The notes beneath the pieces are model-generated. The model had not been told where the DNA came from and did no database searches. It saw only the letters and a program-made list of their open reading frames with translations. Of a DNA stretch of 64,000 nucleotides, positions 27,715-36,864 are shown in pieces. A program made the position numbers and the translations under genes. The DNA is taken from IMG/VR virus record IMGVR_UViG_3300044719_000048, positions 32,001-96,000 of that record; one strand, written 5' to 3'. How positions within the stretch are numbered: position 1 is the stretch's first letter; each line of letters begins with the position of its first letter. The DNA comes from a virus. Lineage: Duplodnaviria > Caudoviricetes.

Positions 27715-28062
27715 ATGGATCCGAAGATATTAGAGACCCTGTCTCAGTGGCGGGACCCATTGGGCTATACTTGGACCACCTACCTGTGGGTGGTCATGGT
27801 GGCCACTATGGCAAGCGTAGTCAAACACCTGAACGCCATGAAGAAGTTTCGATTGGGAAAGCTCTTGTTGGACATGATGACTGCAGGTGTTACGGGCATC
27901 ATCGTGTTCTGGCTGTGCGAAGCGCGCGACATTCATGGGCCGATGAGTGCAGTGGCAATTGCTATAGCAGGAGCAATGGGAAATCGCTGCTGGGCAGAGT
28001 TCGAGAACATCTGGCGAATCAAATTCGGCTTGAGAAAAACTGAAGACGAGGAACCAAAATGA
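27715..28062 (+). CDS. Holin (LydA-like)
   Basis: Two to three TM segments; charged C-terminus; upstream of the endolysin. Confidence 0.75.
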   Translation: MDPKILETLSQWRDPLGYTWTTYLWVVMVATMASVVKHLNAMKKFRLGKLLLDMMTAGVTGIIVFWLCEARDIHGPMSAVAIAIAGAMGNRCWAEFENIWRIKFGLRKTEDEEPK

Positions 28063-28508
28063 CCGCAACTCAACTACTGATCTTAGGCAAAAAATTCAAG
28101 ACCATAGCAGATGCCGTGTATGCCCTCTCAGCACTATTCGTGGTTCCGTGCGTCGTAGTCACTCCCGTGCTTTGGTGCTTGCAGAAACCACCTGAGATAC
28201 GTTCACACGTACAGGCACGAACAGTCTTAGGCGGGTCAATGCAAGAGCTTCAAGGCGGTATCGAGTTCAATGAGGGGCAGCCTCTCAGGGTTGCCTATCA
28301 CTTGGAATTAATAGATCGACACGGGCGGATCATCAAGTTCCCAAAGGTAGAGACGCGAGGAACACCTCGTTTCGACAACATGCTGATCCCTATCCCCGCA
28401 ACGATCAAGCCCGGCGACTACCAGTTGGTCGCCAAAGTTCAGTACACGGTGAATCCCATTAAGGCCGTGGCAAAAGAGATCCCAGTCACCACCATAACGG
28501 TGAACTGA
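28059..28508 (+). CDS. Membrane-anchored lysis-cassette protein A
   Basis: Single TM; beta-rich domain ending GDYQLVAKVQYTVNPIK. Confidence 0.65.
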   Translation: MTATQLLILGKKFKTIADAVYALSALFVVPCVVVTPVLWCLQKPPEIRSHVQARTVLGGSMQELQGGIEFNEGQPLRVAYHLELIDRHGRIIKFPKVETRGTPRFDNMLIPIPATIKPGDYQLVAKVQYTVNPIKAVAKEIPVTTITVN

Positions 28509-28921
28509 TGGGGGCTCTCCGATGGATTGCAAGTACGGTTTCAGCAGGAACGGCTTTGACCTTAATTTTCTGGTGGTGGCAACCTGATGTTGAGATCAAC
28601 GTCGGCGACGTGTCGGTACTCAGTCAAGTTGAAGGTCAGAGCCTAGCGCTTAACGTGCCAGTCGAGAACTATGCGTCGGTGCTTCAAGATTTCACCATGC
28701 GAGCGGAGATACGCAATCTACGAGGTAAGCGCGTTAGTCAAACAGACGCCATTCACTACGAACCCGGGATGAACTACAAGTTCGTCACCAATCGTAATAT
28801 GGCCCGCGGTCGCTACGAGGCGCACGTAGTGATCGGATACAAGCTGAACCCACTGCGCTCTAGTGAGCTAGATTTCCCACTGGCTATAATCTATGTGGAG
28901 CCAAACAATGATCAACAGTAG
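28508..28921 (+). CDS. Membrane-anchored lysis-cassette protein B (paralog of A)
   Basis: Single TM; GRYEAHVVIGYKLNPLR. Confidence 0.65.
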   Translation: MGALRWIASTVSAGTALTLIFWWWQPDVEINVGDVSVLSQVEGQSLALNVPVENYASVLQDFTMRAEIRNLRGKRVSQTDAIHYEPGMNYKFVTNRNMARGRYEAHVVIGYKLNPLRSSELDFPLAIIYVEPNNDQQ

Positions 28922-29525
28922 TCAACTCATGAGCTTCGTCGGCAAGTCCGACGAGGCTCTAGTAGATTCTATCAACGCCGTGCTGGATCGCTTCGCCATA
29001 AACACGCAAAGGCGTGTGCGGTACTTCCTCACCCACGCAGCCTTCGAGACCCAGATGTTCACTAGATTCGAGGAGGACCTGTGGTACTCGACGCCTGAGC
29101 GGTTAGTTGCCGTATGGCCCAAACGGTTCACCTTGGACCGGAACATCCGCCTCGCCTACGCACCTGACTACATCAAGAACCCCCAGAAGCTGGCGAACTT
29201 CGTGTATGGAGGGCGCAACGGCAATAGCGGAACAAACGACGGATGGCTCTACAGAGGACGAGGCGGATTCCATCTGACATTCCTCGACAACTACAAGGCG
29301 TACTCGCACGCTATATACGGCGATGACCGCTGCGTGACTGATCCGGAGCTGGTAGCCAAGCCGGCCGACGCCATGATGAGCGCAGGATGGTTCTGGGATA
29401 GTCGGGGCTTCAATCACTTAGCTGACCTGGATCAGTTCACCCAAGTCACTACTCAAATCAACGGGTCTGCTGCTACCGCGCCTGCCCGACTCAAAGTTCT
29501 CAACAAAGCCAATCAAATCTTCTAG
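28908..29525 (+). CDS. Endolysin, glycoside hydrolase family 19
   Basis: FLTHAAFET..F..FEE; DGWLYRGRG; SAGWFW; TTQING. Confidence 0.92.
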   Translation: MINSSQLMSFVGKSDEALVDSINAVLDRFAINTQRRVRYFLTHAAFETQMFTRFEEDLWYSTPERLVAVWPKRFTLDRNIRLAYAPDYIKNPQKLANFVYGGRNGNSGTNDGWLYRGRGGFHLTFLDNYKAYSHAIYGDDRCVTDPELVAKPADAMMSAGWFWDSRGFNHLADLDQFTQVTTQINGSAATAPARLKVLNKANQIF

Positions 29526-29537
29526 TCGGAGGTTGTA

Positions 29538-30248
29538 ATGGTCCCAGATTCACTGCTCTATCTGCCTCTAACGATACACGCAGAGGCAGACATTTATTCG
29601 TACGCACCTCTGTTGCCTACGACACCCTCGACGTCTAGCGGTTTGGGGGCTTTCGTATTGACAGCGGATCTGGGGTCATTCCACCAGGGTCTATACGTAT
29701 TGGAGAACGAGACATGGCGATTTGCCTTGCCTCAGCCGGTGGTCTCCGACGTGCTGATCCGGGGCTACGAAGTAGACGCCTACATAGGACTTGATAGTCC
29801 TTTGTCTGTACCCGCAGCTGCCATCTCGTACAAGAATGGAGTTCTTTCGCACTCGCCGAGTCTCCAAGGGCACGGCGTCTTCTGCGTGTTGAGTCCACGT
29901 CCGTCAGAATTTTATTTGAAGGCGTCGCGGACGCTAGACAAGCATAGAGTGCTCAAGACCGCTGACGATGGCGCCGACTACGCATCCAGCAATGTGCCGG
30001 CCGACGCTTTCAAAGTGGCAGGCATAAGTGCTGAGGCCGCAAGCCAGGGCCAGCTCGTAAGAATTCAAACAACCGGAGAGCTGACCGACTCTGGCTGGAA
30101 TTGGGAAGTCGGTCAACCAGTCTTCAATGGAATAGACGGGAATCTGACACAAGAAAACCCTTCCGTGGGATACAGCCTGATAGTTGGGATCGCTATCAAG
30201 CCGTCTTCAATTCTGATCTCGATGAAACAACCTATCATTCTCGACTAA
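29538..30248 (+). CDS. Virion structural protein (fibre/decoration-like)
   Basis: N-terminus paralogous to fibre 2; C-terminal AGISAEAASQGQLVRIQTTG..WNW. Confidence 0.65.
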   Translation: MVPDSLLYLPLTIHAEADIYSYAPLLPTTPSTSSGLGAFVLTADLGSFHQGLYVLENETWRFALPQPVVSDVLIRGYEVDAYIGLDSPLSVPAAAISYKNGVLSHSPSLQGHGVFCVLSPRPSEFYLKASRTLDKHRVLKTADDGADYASSNVPADAFKVAGISAEAASQGQLVRIQTTGELTDSGWNWEVGQPVFNGIDGNLTQENPSVGYSLIVGIAIKPSSILISMKQPIILD

Positions 30249-30258
30249 GGAGCGTAAC

Positions 30259-30864
30259 ATGGGTACTGCATCGACTAAGAAATTCATCAAGCAAGTTAAC
30301 GGCCAGCTGACGGAAGAGGCCGCTCTCACCACCTCGGCAGGCGCAGGTGACGCAAACAAGGTTCCGGCGCTCAACGCATCCGGCGTACTGGATCATTCCA
30401 TCATCAATGCCACAGTGACTTCCGCGGGCGCGGGCGACTCGGGTAAGACTCCGGCTCTCGACTCCACCGGCCGGCTGGACACGTCGGTGATGCCAGTGGG
30501 CATCGGGGCGGAAACCGGCAGCATCGTGGCTTCCGAAGACCTGGATGACGGCGACTTCGTGAACGTGTGGAACAACTCGGGTACGCCGAATGTCCAGAAG
30601 GCAGACGCCGCCACGGGCAAGGAGGCGCACGGCTTTGTGCTGGCCGCAGTGACCAGCGGTGATCCGGCCACCGTCTACTTCGAGGGCTCCAACACGCACC
30701 TGACTGGCCTGACAGCGGGTCCGGTGTTCCTCAGCACTTCCACTCCGGGTGGTACGCAGTCCTCAGCTCCTACCGGAAGTGGTCAAATCAGTCAGCGTCT
30801 GGGCACTGCATTTGCCGCCACGTCGCTGACCTTCGAGCCGCAGCCCGTCATCGTGGTGGCCTAA
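30259..30864 (+). CDS. Virion structural protein
   Basis: Internal duplication TSAGAGDxxKxPALxxxGxLD; EAHGFVLAAV. Confidence 0.7.
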   Translation: MGTASTKKFIKQVNGQLTEEAALTTSAGAGDANKVPALNASGVLDHSIINATVTSAGAGDSGKTPALDSTGRLDTSVMPVGIGAETGSIVASEDLDDGDFVNVWNNSGTPNVQKADAATGKEAHGFVLAAVTSGDPATVYFEGSNTHLTGLTAGPVFLSTSTPGGTQSSAPTGSGQISQRLGTAFAATSLTFEPQPVIVVA

Positions 30865-31239
30865 ATGGCGCAGCGCCGTCCACTGGTGAACGTGAGCGGC
30901 GCTCTTGCTGAGGTCTCTCTCACCGACAGTTTAGTAAGCGGGATGGAGGCCAATCTTTCCGATACGGTAGATGCCACAGACGAGCTGACTGAGGTCAGCT
31001 TGTCAACACGCTATACCTACCTAGTTGGAACAGCAGGGGCTTCCCTCGCTATAACGCTGCCAGCTGCTTCGTCTGACATAGACGGGCAGCTTATGACAGT
31101 GACCTCAACAACTGACCGGGCATCTACGTCGTGGACCTCTTCTGGGGGTACTACGACAGGGCTGCCGGGCTCTCTAACAGCGAACCAATCGGTTACTGTG
31201 AAGTACATTCATTCTCAAGCACGTTGGTTCGTAAGCTAA
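30865..31239 (+). CDS. Virion structural protein (fibre-associated)
   Basis: MAQRRPLV start; ITLPAA motif. Confidence 0.65.
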   Translation: MAQRRPLVNVSGALAEVSLTDSLVSGMEANLSDTVDATDELTEVSLSTRYTYLVGTAGASLAITLPAASSDIDGQLMTVTSTTDRASTSWTSSGGTTTGLPGSLTANQSVTVKYIHSQARWFVS

Positions 31240-31256
31240 CTCTCCAAGGAGCTCTA

Positions 31257-34028
31257 ATGCCTACTCCTCTTTTTATCCCAGCAACTCTCTATGACGGCCC
31301 GAACTCAGGGGCCGTCCTCGTTCCTTACGTAGACGCTCTACCACTGGCGCCTACAACAGGTAGGGCCTTGATCCTCGACCAACTGGTGGGTGTCAATGTG
31401 CCGGGCCTGTACGTCTACGACAACACGCAGGCGTGGCGCTACGCGCTGCCTATCGAAGCAGTGAGTGCCATCGTTGTCGGTGGAGATCAGTGCGATCTCT
31501 ACATCAACGTTTCGCAGACCTATAATCTGGGTTCGACCACCATCGTCTATCGCAACGGCCAGTTGCAGACCGGTCACGACGTGGTTCCCGCGAATGCCGT
31601 GTACGCTGTGAGGACACCTAGCCAAGCGTCGCAAGGTGCGGTGACGTCCGTGAACGGCAAGACCGGAATCGTGGTGTTGACTGCGCAAGACATAGGAGGC
31701 TTCGCCAATGTCGCTTACTCTGGCCTGTACTCTGACCTGATCGGCGCTCCTGGTCCGTACACGTTGCCCGCTGCCACAGGCTCTGCACTAGGCGGCGTAA
31801 TCGTCCCGTCGTCGTCGAACATTTCTATCGATAGTTCGGGCAATATCGATCTCAAGTCGACGGTGCTCACGAAGATCAACAATGCATTGACCGACGTGCA
31901 GAACGCAGGTACGGGCGCGTCACTGATTCTGTCGAAGGCCTCTGGCGTGGTGACGCTGAAGTCGCTGGCCGCAGGCTCCAATGTGACCATCACCGACAAC
32001 GGGACAGGTACCCTCACCATTGCCAGCTCGGGCGGCTCCATCACCTCGGTGGGTACCGGTGTGTCCCTGATCGACTCGCAGGCTTCCTCGAATACCAATC
32101 TGCGCTCTATCGTTGCAGGCTCTAATGTGACTGTTACCTCGAACGGCACAGGCGGCATCGTCATCGCATCGACGGCAGGATCAACGTCTACGACTCTCAC
32201 CGGAGACGTCACGGGTACTGGTACGGGCACCGTAGCCACTACGCTGGCGAACAGCGGCGTCACGGCAGGCACCTACACACAGGTAACGGTTGATGCAAAG
32301 GGCCGCGTGACTGTGGGTGCGAATCCGACCACTTTGGCAGGCTTCGGCATCACCGACGCTCTGCCTCTGGCCGGGGGAACGATGACAGGCGACATCAACA
32401 TGACCCTCGGGAAGACCATCAAAGGTGTCCCGGACCCAGTCGCGCTGACGGATGTTGCAAACAGGAACTACGTCGACACTGCGTTGGCCGACGCAGCCAA
32501 CGGCGTGTCGTGGCGTGAATCGGCCGCAGTGGCTACCACTGCAAACCTTGCGGCTCTGAGTGGACTGCAGACCATCGACGGCTACACGCTGCAAGCGGGC
32601 GACCGAGTGCTGGTCAAGAACCAGACCACGGCAACTCAGAACGGTGTCTACGATGCCGCGAGTGGTGCGTGGACCCGCTCGTCGGATTCCAACACAGGAG
32701 CAGAGCTGCTCCACGCCGCGTACCTGGTGGTGAACGGTACGACCAACGGCTTGACGCAGTGGGCCAATACGAACCAAACGACTCCGAACGTAGGAACTGA
32801 TGCCATCACGTTCGGTCAGCTGCGGGCGGCAGGCAACCTGTACACGGCGGGTGCAGGTCTGACTCTGAGTGGTCTGCAGTTCAGTATTGCCCCAACTGGA
32901 GTGACTGCGGGCTCCTACGCGAAGGTGACAGTCAACACTCTGGGTCAGGTGACTGGAGGTTCGGCGCTGACCAGCTCAGACATCACGACGGCTTTGGGCT
33001 ATACGCCGTACAATGGGACGACGAACCCGAGTGGCTTTATCGGAGCCCTTACCGCAGCGGGCGATGCGACGGGCTCGACGGTGGTAACGGGTTCGGCGGG
33101 TGTGCTGACACTCGCATTGGCAACAACGGGTGTTGCGGCCGGCACCTATACCTCGGTAACAGTCGATGCAAAAGGTCGGGTGACGGCAGGTGGTCAGATC
33201 ACTCCGTCTCAGATCACGACGGCCTTGGGCTACACGCCAGTGAACAAGGCAGGCGACACTATGAGTGGCGCGCTGAACTTCGCAGCGCAGGCGACCGTTA
33301 CGGCATCGGCGACGACAGGAATCGGTGCGGCTGGGGCTAACCAAATTCTTGTCAATGGTACGACGACAATCACGGCCTTCGACACTATCGCATCTGGTGC
33401 GTATCGTATCGTGGTCTTTGCCAGTTCCCTGACGCTGACCCACAATGGTACGTCCCTGATCCTACCAGGCGCTGCGAACATCACGACCGCAGCTGGCGAT
33501 GTTGCCCAATTCGTGAGTCTCGGATCAGGTAACTGGCGGTGCGTCAACTACATGAAGGCAGACGGTACGCCGCTCAAAGGTGGTAGTGGTTCGCCATACA
33601 GCACGGTGCAGATCTTCAACGGGTCAACAACTGACTTTGCAGCAGAGTTCGTCAACGCGGTCGAGCTGGTGAAGATCACCGGCACTACCCCGAGTCCGAA
33701 CTTCGACGTTCAATTAGGTGCTGTGCAGTACTACACAGTCAACCTCAGCCAGAACTTTGGTATAAACTTCAGGTTCAACAGCACCACAACCCTCGGATCG
33801 ATGCTGTCCTCCGGGATGTCGGTAACACTGGCCCTGATAGTGAGCAACGGCTCGAATGCGTTTATGCCCACCACTTTCCAAATCGATGGTTCGGCTATAA
33901 CGCCTAAGTGGCAAAACGGAGTGGCCCCCTCAGGAGGAAACCCTTCGGCCTACGACATCTATACGTTCACGATCATTAAGAGCGGAGCGAGTTTCATAGT
34001 ATTCGCGGCGCAGACCACGTTCTATTGA
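31257..34028 (+). CDS. Tail fibre protein 2
   Basis: AAGGAG RBS; repeated GVTAGTYTxVTVDAKGRVT; GDRVLVKNQT..NGVY module; ALGYTP repeats. Confidence 0.88.
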   Translation: MPTPLFIPATLYDGPNSGAVLVPYVDALPLAPTTGRALILDQLVGVNVPGLYVYDNTQAWRYALPIEAVSAIVVGGDQCDLYINVSQTYNLGSTTIVYRNGQLQTGHDVVPANAVYAVRTPSQASQGAVTSVNGKTGIVVLTAQDIGGFANVAYSGLYSDLIGAPGPYTLPAATGSALGGVIVPSSSNISIDSSGNIDLKSTVLTKINNALTDVQNAGTGASLILSKASGVVTLKSLAAGSNVTITDNGTGTLTIASSGGSITSVGTGVSLIDSQASSNTNLRSIVAGSNVTVTSNGTGGIVIASTAGSTSTTLTGDVTGTGTGTVATTLANSGVTAGTYTQVTVDAKGRVTVGANPTTLAGFGITDALPLAGGTMTGDINMTLGKTIKGVPDPVALTDVANRNYVDTALADAANGVSWRESAAVATTANLAALSGLQTIDGYTLQAGDRVLVKNQTTATQNGVYDAASGAWTRSSDSNTGAELLHAAYLVVNGTTNGLTQWANTNQTTPNVGTDAITFGQLRAAGNLYTAGAGLTLSGLQFSIAPTGVTAGSYAKVTVNTLGQVTGGSALTSSDITTALGYTPYNGTTNPSGFIGALTAAGDATGSTVVTGSAGVLTLALATTGVAAGTYTSVTVDAKGRVTAGGQITPSQITTALGYTPVNKAGDTMSGALNFAAQATVTASATTGIGAAGANQILVNGTTTITAFDTIASGAYRIVVFASSLTLTHNGTSLILPGAANITTAAGDVAQFVSLGSGNWRCVNYMKADGTPLKGGSGSPYSTVQIFNGSTTDFAAEFVNAVELVKITGTTPSPNFDVQLGAVQYYTVNLSQNFGINFRFNSTTTLGSMLSSGMSVTLALIVSNGSNAFMPTTFQIDGSAITPKWQNGVAPSGGNPSAYDIYTFTIIKSGASFIVFAAQTTFY

Positions 34029-34033
34029 TTAAC

Positions 34034-34066
34034 AGGGCCGCCATTAACATAATGGCGGCCCTTCTT
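34034..34066 (+). terminator. Hairpin (terminator/attenuator) between fibre 2 and its tip gene
   Basis: AGGGCCGCCATTA...TAATGGCGGCCCT followed by TCTT. Confidence 0.65.
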
Positions 34067-34079
34067 CTAGGAGATTCAA

Positions 34080-35009
34080 ATGCCTATGATTGGAACACGC
34101 GGGGTAATGTCCTCGCGCGGGCTCGGGCAATTCTCGGCAAAGAATTTGGTGCCAGGTACATTTGCGGTAGTTGTATTAGGGCTCGGTTCTTGGAGATATT
34201 CGTTCGCTACAGACACCGCAGTGCAGTTGCTGTCGAGCATAGACTCGAACGGCACTACCCCGTCTGGTAATAGAATGACCAACGTTGGTAACTCTGTAAA
34301 GGCTTATCTGAGCGTGCGGTCTAACTCCAACGGCATTCTGTTCATGAAGCGCATGCTCTGGTCCGCCCAGAAAGCGCTTAAGAGCGTCAGCTTAGTGCCT
34401 CAGGTTAACAACCTGAGCCCTACCGCGTCTGGCAACTCAACCGTGGGTGTCATATCCAACAGTAGTGGAGCGTCCCCTTCGGGTGCAGTGGACACTATTA
34501 CCTACTCAAATGATGCAGTGGCGTCCGGCACTACACTGACAGGGCAGGCCTACGGAGGTCAGTCTGTCGCGACTTCGGACCACGCTCTGTTTGCTCTTAT
34601 GGGATCTTCGCTACAGCAGACTAACAAGTACGGATTTGCTGACAACAGCGTCGTCTCTGGGACCAACCTCACGTTCACAGCGTCGTACTCGGCCGGTGCC
34701 TCAATCGGGAACGCTAATGTAGGTATCTTCACCCGAGCCAACAGCACAAACCTCACCTGCAAGTACACGCACACAGGTGACACTACGGCGAACAGCACGA
34801 ACCTTGTGGGTAACACGTCTGTAGTCGGCGGGTGGAATAACGATGTGAGTGGGGTCATACCCTATGGCGCTGCAACAGGGCAGACCAACTGGACGAAATG
34901 GCTTTTCGCCAGCGACACGGTTAGCGCTGTCCTAGGAAGCAGTACAGGCCTCGGTAGTGCCATATATGCCTATGGCTGCGCCAACGGTATTCCAGGAGTC
35001 TCTGTGTAA
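34080..35009 (+). CDS. Fibre-associated repeat protein (paralog of 25558-26439)
   Basis: AGGAG RBS; KY/GN repeats. Confidence 0.65.
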   Translation: MPMIGTRGVMSSRGLGQFSAKNLVPGTFAVVVLGLGSWRYSFATDTAVQLLSSIDSNGTTPSGNRMTNVGNSVKAYLSVRSNSNGILFMKRMLWSAQKALKSVSLVPQVNNLSPTASGNSTVGVISNSSGASPSGAVDTITYSNDAVASGTTLTGQAYGGQSVATSDHALFALMGSSLQQTNKYGFADNSVVSGTNLTFTASYSAGASIGNANVGIFTRANSTNLTCKYTHTGDTTANSTNLVGNTSVVGGWNNDVSGVIPYGAATGQTNWTKWLFASDTVSAVLGSSTGLGSAIYAYGCANGIPGVSV

Positions 35010-35053
35010 GCCAGCAATTTCACGACACCTATAACAACCCTTCCGAGGACTAA

Positions 35054-35704
35054 ATGACTGCCAAACCGCACCGCCAGAACTCCGGCTTCCAGCTTCGTTA
35101 CTTCCTTGCTGGTCAGTGCTCAACACCTGATGGAGCATACGTACTCATGTACGGTCAGATGACCGACATGAAGAACAAGCTGCGCCACGCGGAGGCCCAG
35201 CTGAAGCGTCGACATGCCAAGCTGGCCAAGGCTCAGTATGTGATCGACCACCCAGCAGAGTTCAAGGCCTACGAGGTATTGGAGGCCGAAGCCGACAAGT
35301 TGGAAATCGAGGCCGACATTCCTATCTGGGATATGAATGTGTTAGCCGCTCAACAAGAGTTGGCCGACATCGAGAACCTCATGTTGGAGATACGCCCCAA
35401 GTGCAAGTATGCGGATCTTCCTATTCTGGAGATGAGCGAGGCCTGTCAAGAAGAAGAGTGGCTGGGCGAATTGAAGCAACGCGCTGAGAACTTCCTCATC
35501 ACTGCTGGTACGATCCCGCATGATCATTTCCAGACCATGCGGTCGCACCCGAGGTTCAAGACCGACCTGGTGCCGCACATTCAGCTCGTAAATCAGAAGC
35601 TGGCAACAGCAGCAGCGTTGACTCACAAAGGCCAAGACGGTATGACTTCCCTCATGCTGGAACTGGAGGAACCAAAGTTGCTTGAAGCTCCAAAGGAGGA
35701 TTGA
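35054..35704 (+). CDS. Hypothetical coiled-coil protein (possible fibre chaperone)
   Basis: GAGGA RBS; preceded by AATTTCAC at 35016-35023. Confidence 0.7.
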   Translation: MTAKPHRQNSGFQLRYFLAGQCSTPDGAYVLMYGQMTDMKNKLRHAEAQLKRRHAKLAKAQYVIDHPAEFKAYEVLEAEADKLEIEADIPIWDMNVLAAQQELADIENLMLEIRPKCKYADLPILEMSEACQEEEWLGELKQRAENFLITAGTIPHDHFQTMRSHPRFKTDLVPHIQLVNQKLATAAALTHKGQDGMTSLMLELEEPKLLEAPKED

Positions 35705-35901
35705 TGGACTTTGCAGACATCGGACTTGAGGCCACTGAGGCGCGCACGGAGGCCTTAATCAAGGAGGCGCGCGAGCGAGTCGAAACGACGCCTAAAGCGA
35801 AGGGCTCGTGCAACAATCCATTGTGCGGGCTCGACACTGACAAACCTTTCTGTTCGCCGGAATGCCGTGACGAATACGACCGAGTAAAGGACAAGATATG
35901 A
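35704..35901 (+). CDS. Small C4 zinc-finger protein (DksA/TraR-like C-terminus)
   Basis: CNNPLCG...FCSPECRDEY. Confidence 0.65.
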   Translation: MDFADIGLEATEARTEALIKEARERVETTPKAKGSCNNPLCGLDTDKPFCSPECRDEYDRVKDKI

Positions 35902-36281
35902 CCTACATCACAGGCAGTGCCTCGCCGCCTCAGAGTTTGGGGCTCGAACTCAAGGCTACGGTGTGCCGCAATCAGATACAGCGCACGGTGGGCAATTACT
36001 CTGCACTGTACTTCGCTGACCAGTCCAACATACAGGACGTGTACATCGAACTCGATGAATTGCAAGTGTGGTCATCGAATCCGCAGGAGACTTACCAGCA
36101 GCTGGTGGTTTCCTGTTCGGGGCCGCTGGAGTTCACTGGGGTTCGCCCTAACGGATCATCCGTAACGCTGACGGCCAACAAGATGCTGGTTCTGGACACT
36201 GAGTTCAGGACGTTCAAGTTGTCGAACATCAACACCGAACGAGTAAGGGCCCAGTTGAATTTCGTTTCGACCCGGCCGTAA
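35898..36281 (+). CDS. Hypothetical protein
   Basis: ATGA coupling. Confidence 0.7.
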   Translation: MTYITGSASPPQSLGLELKATVCRNQIQRTVGNYSALYFADQSNIQDVYIELDELQVWSSNPQETYQQLVVSCSGPLEFTGVRPNGSSVTLTANKMLVLDTEFRTFKLSNINTERVRAQLNFVSTRP

Positions 36282-36320
36282 AAGAGGGAGCTACCATTGC
36301 TAATGGTAGCTCCCTCTTTT
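36281..36320. terminator. Bidirectional terminator, nearly identical to 26455-26492
   Basis: AAAGAGGGAGCTACCATTGCTAATGGTAGCTCCCTCTTTT. Confidence 0.9.
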
Positions 36321-36336
36321 CGTTTTTCACAGGGGA

Positions 36337-36864
36337 TTACGGAATGAGCATGCGTGGCTCCTGCAACAGTGCCTGCGTGAGAACCGGTGGATTCTTCTCA
36401 AGCTCATCAGATTTCCTCTGATACGTACCCAGAGCAACTGCAACTGCTTCGTGGTATGCGTTGGCCTTGATCACGATCTTCTGGGCAAGTACGTCTACGT
36501 CTACGCCCCTGATCCTGCTCAGGGTCTCCAAGAAAAGGCTGGGCGTGCCTGTCTTGAGATACTCCCTCGCGTCTGCCTCCTGTCGCGAATACGTCGCCAC
36601 TTCGTCGGGAGACTTACCTGACGTGAGTGCATTGATGGCATTGCGCAGCTCCCGCTTCAGAGCTCCTTGCGCCGCTTCACTTAGCAGCTTGGGCGTAATC
36701 TGATCAAGAGGGCGTCCGTGCATCCAGCCATGCCCGTTGAAGTAGACCTGCTGTCCTTCTCGTTGAGCTGGTGGCGCCCACGTAGTTGAATTAGGCGGCG
36801 GATTCTCAGATATGACAAAGCCTTGAGGAATAAAGGTCTCCGGGCAATAGGTGTAGTAGATCAT
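36337..36864 (-). CDS. Tail fibre assembly chaperone
   Basis: PPNSTTWAPP..FNGHGW (Tfa-like); EVATYSRQEADAREY. Confidence 0.7.
   Translation of the reverse strand: MIYYTYCPETFIPQGFVISENPPPNSTTWAPPAQREGQQVYFNGHGWMHGRPLDQITPKLLSEAAQGALKRELRNAINALTSGKSPDEVATYSRQEADAREYLKTGTPSLFLETLSRIRGVDVDVLAQKIVIKANAYHEAVAVALGTYQRKSDELEKNPPVLTQALLQEPRMLIP

Noticed and set aside
25558-35009. Paralogous fibre and tip genes as a diversity-generating retroelement or invertible shufflon
   Set aside because: No reverse transcriptase or invertase, no near-identical TR/VR pair with adenine-specific differences, and no inverted crossover sites seen.
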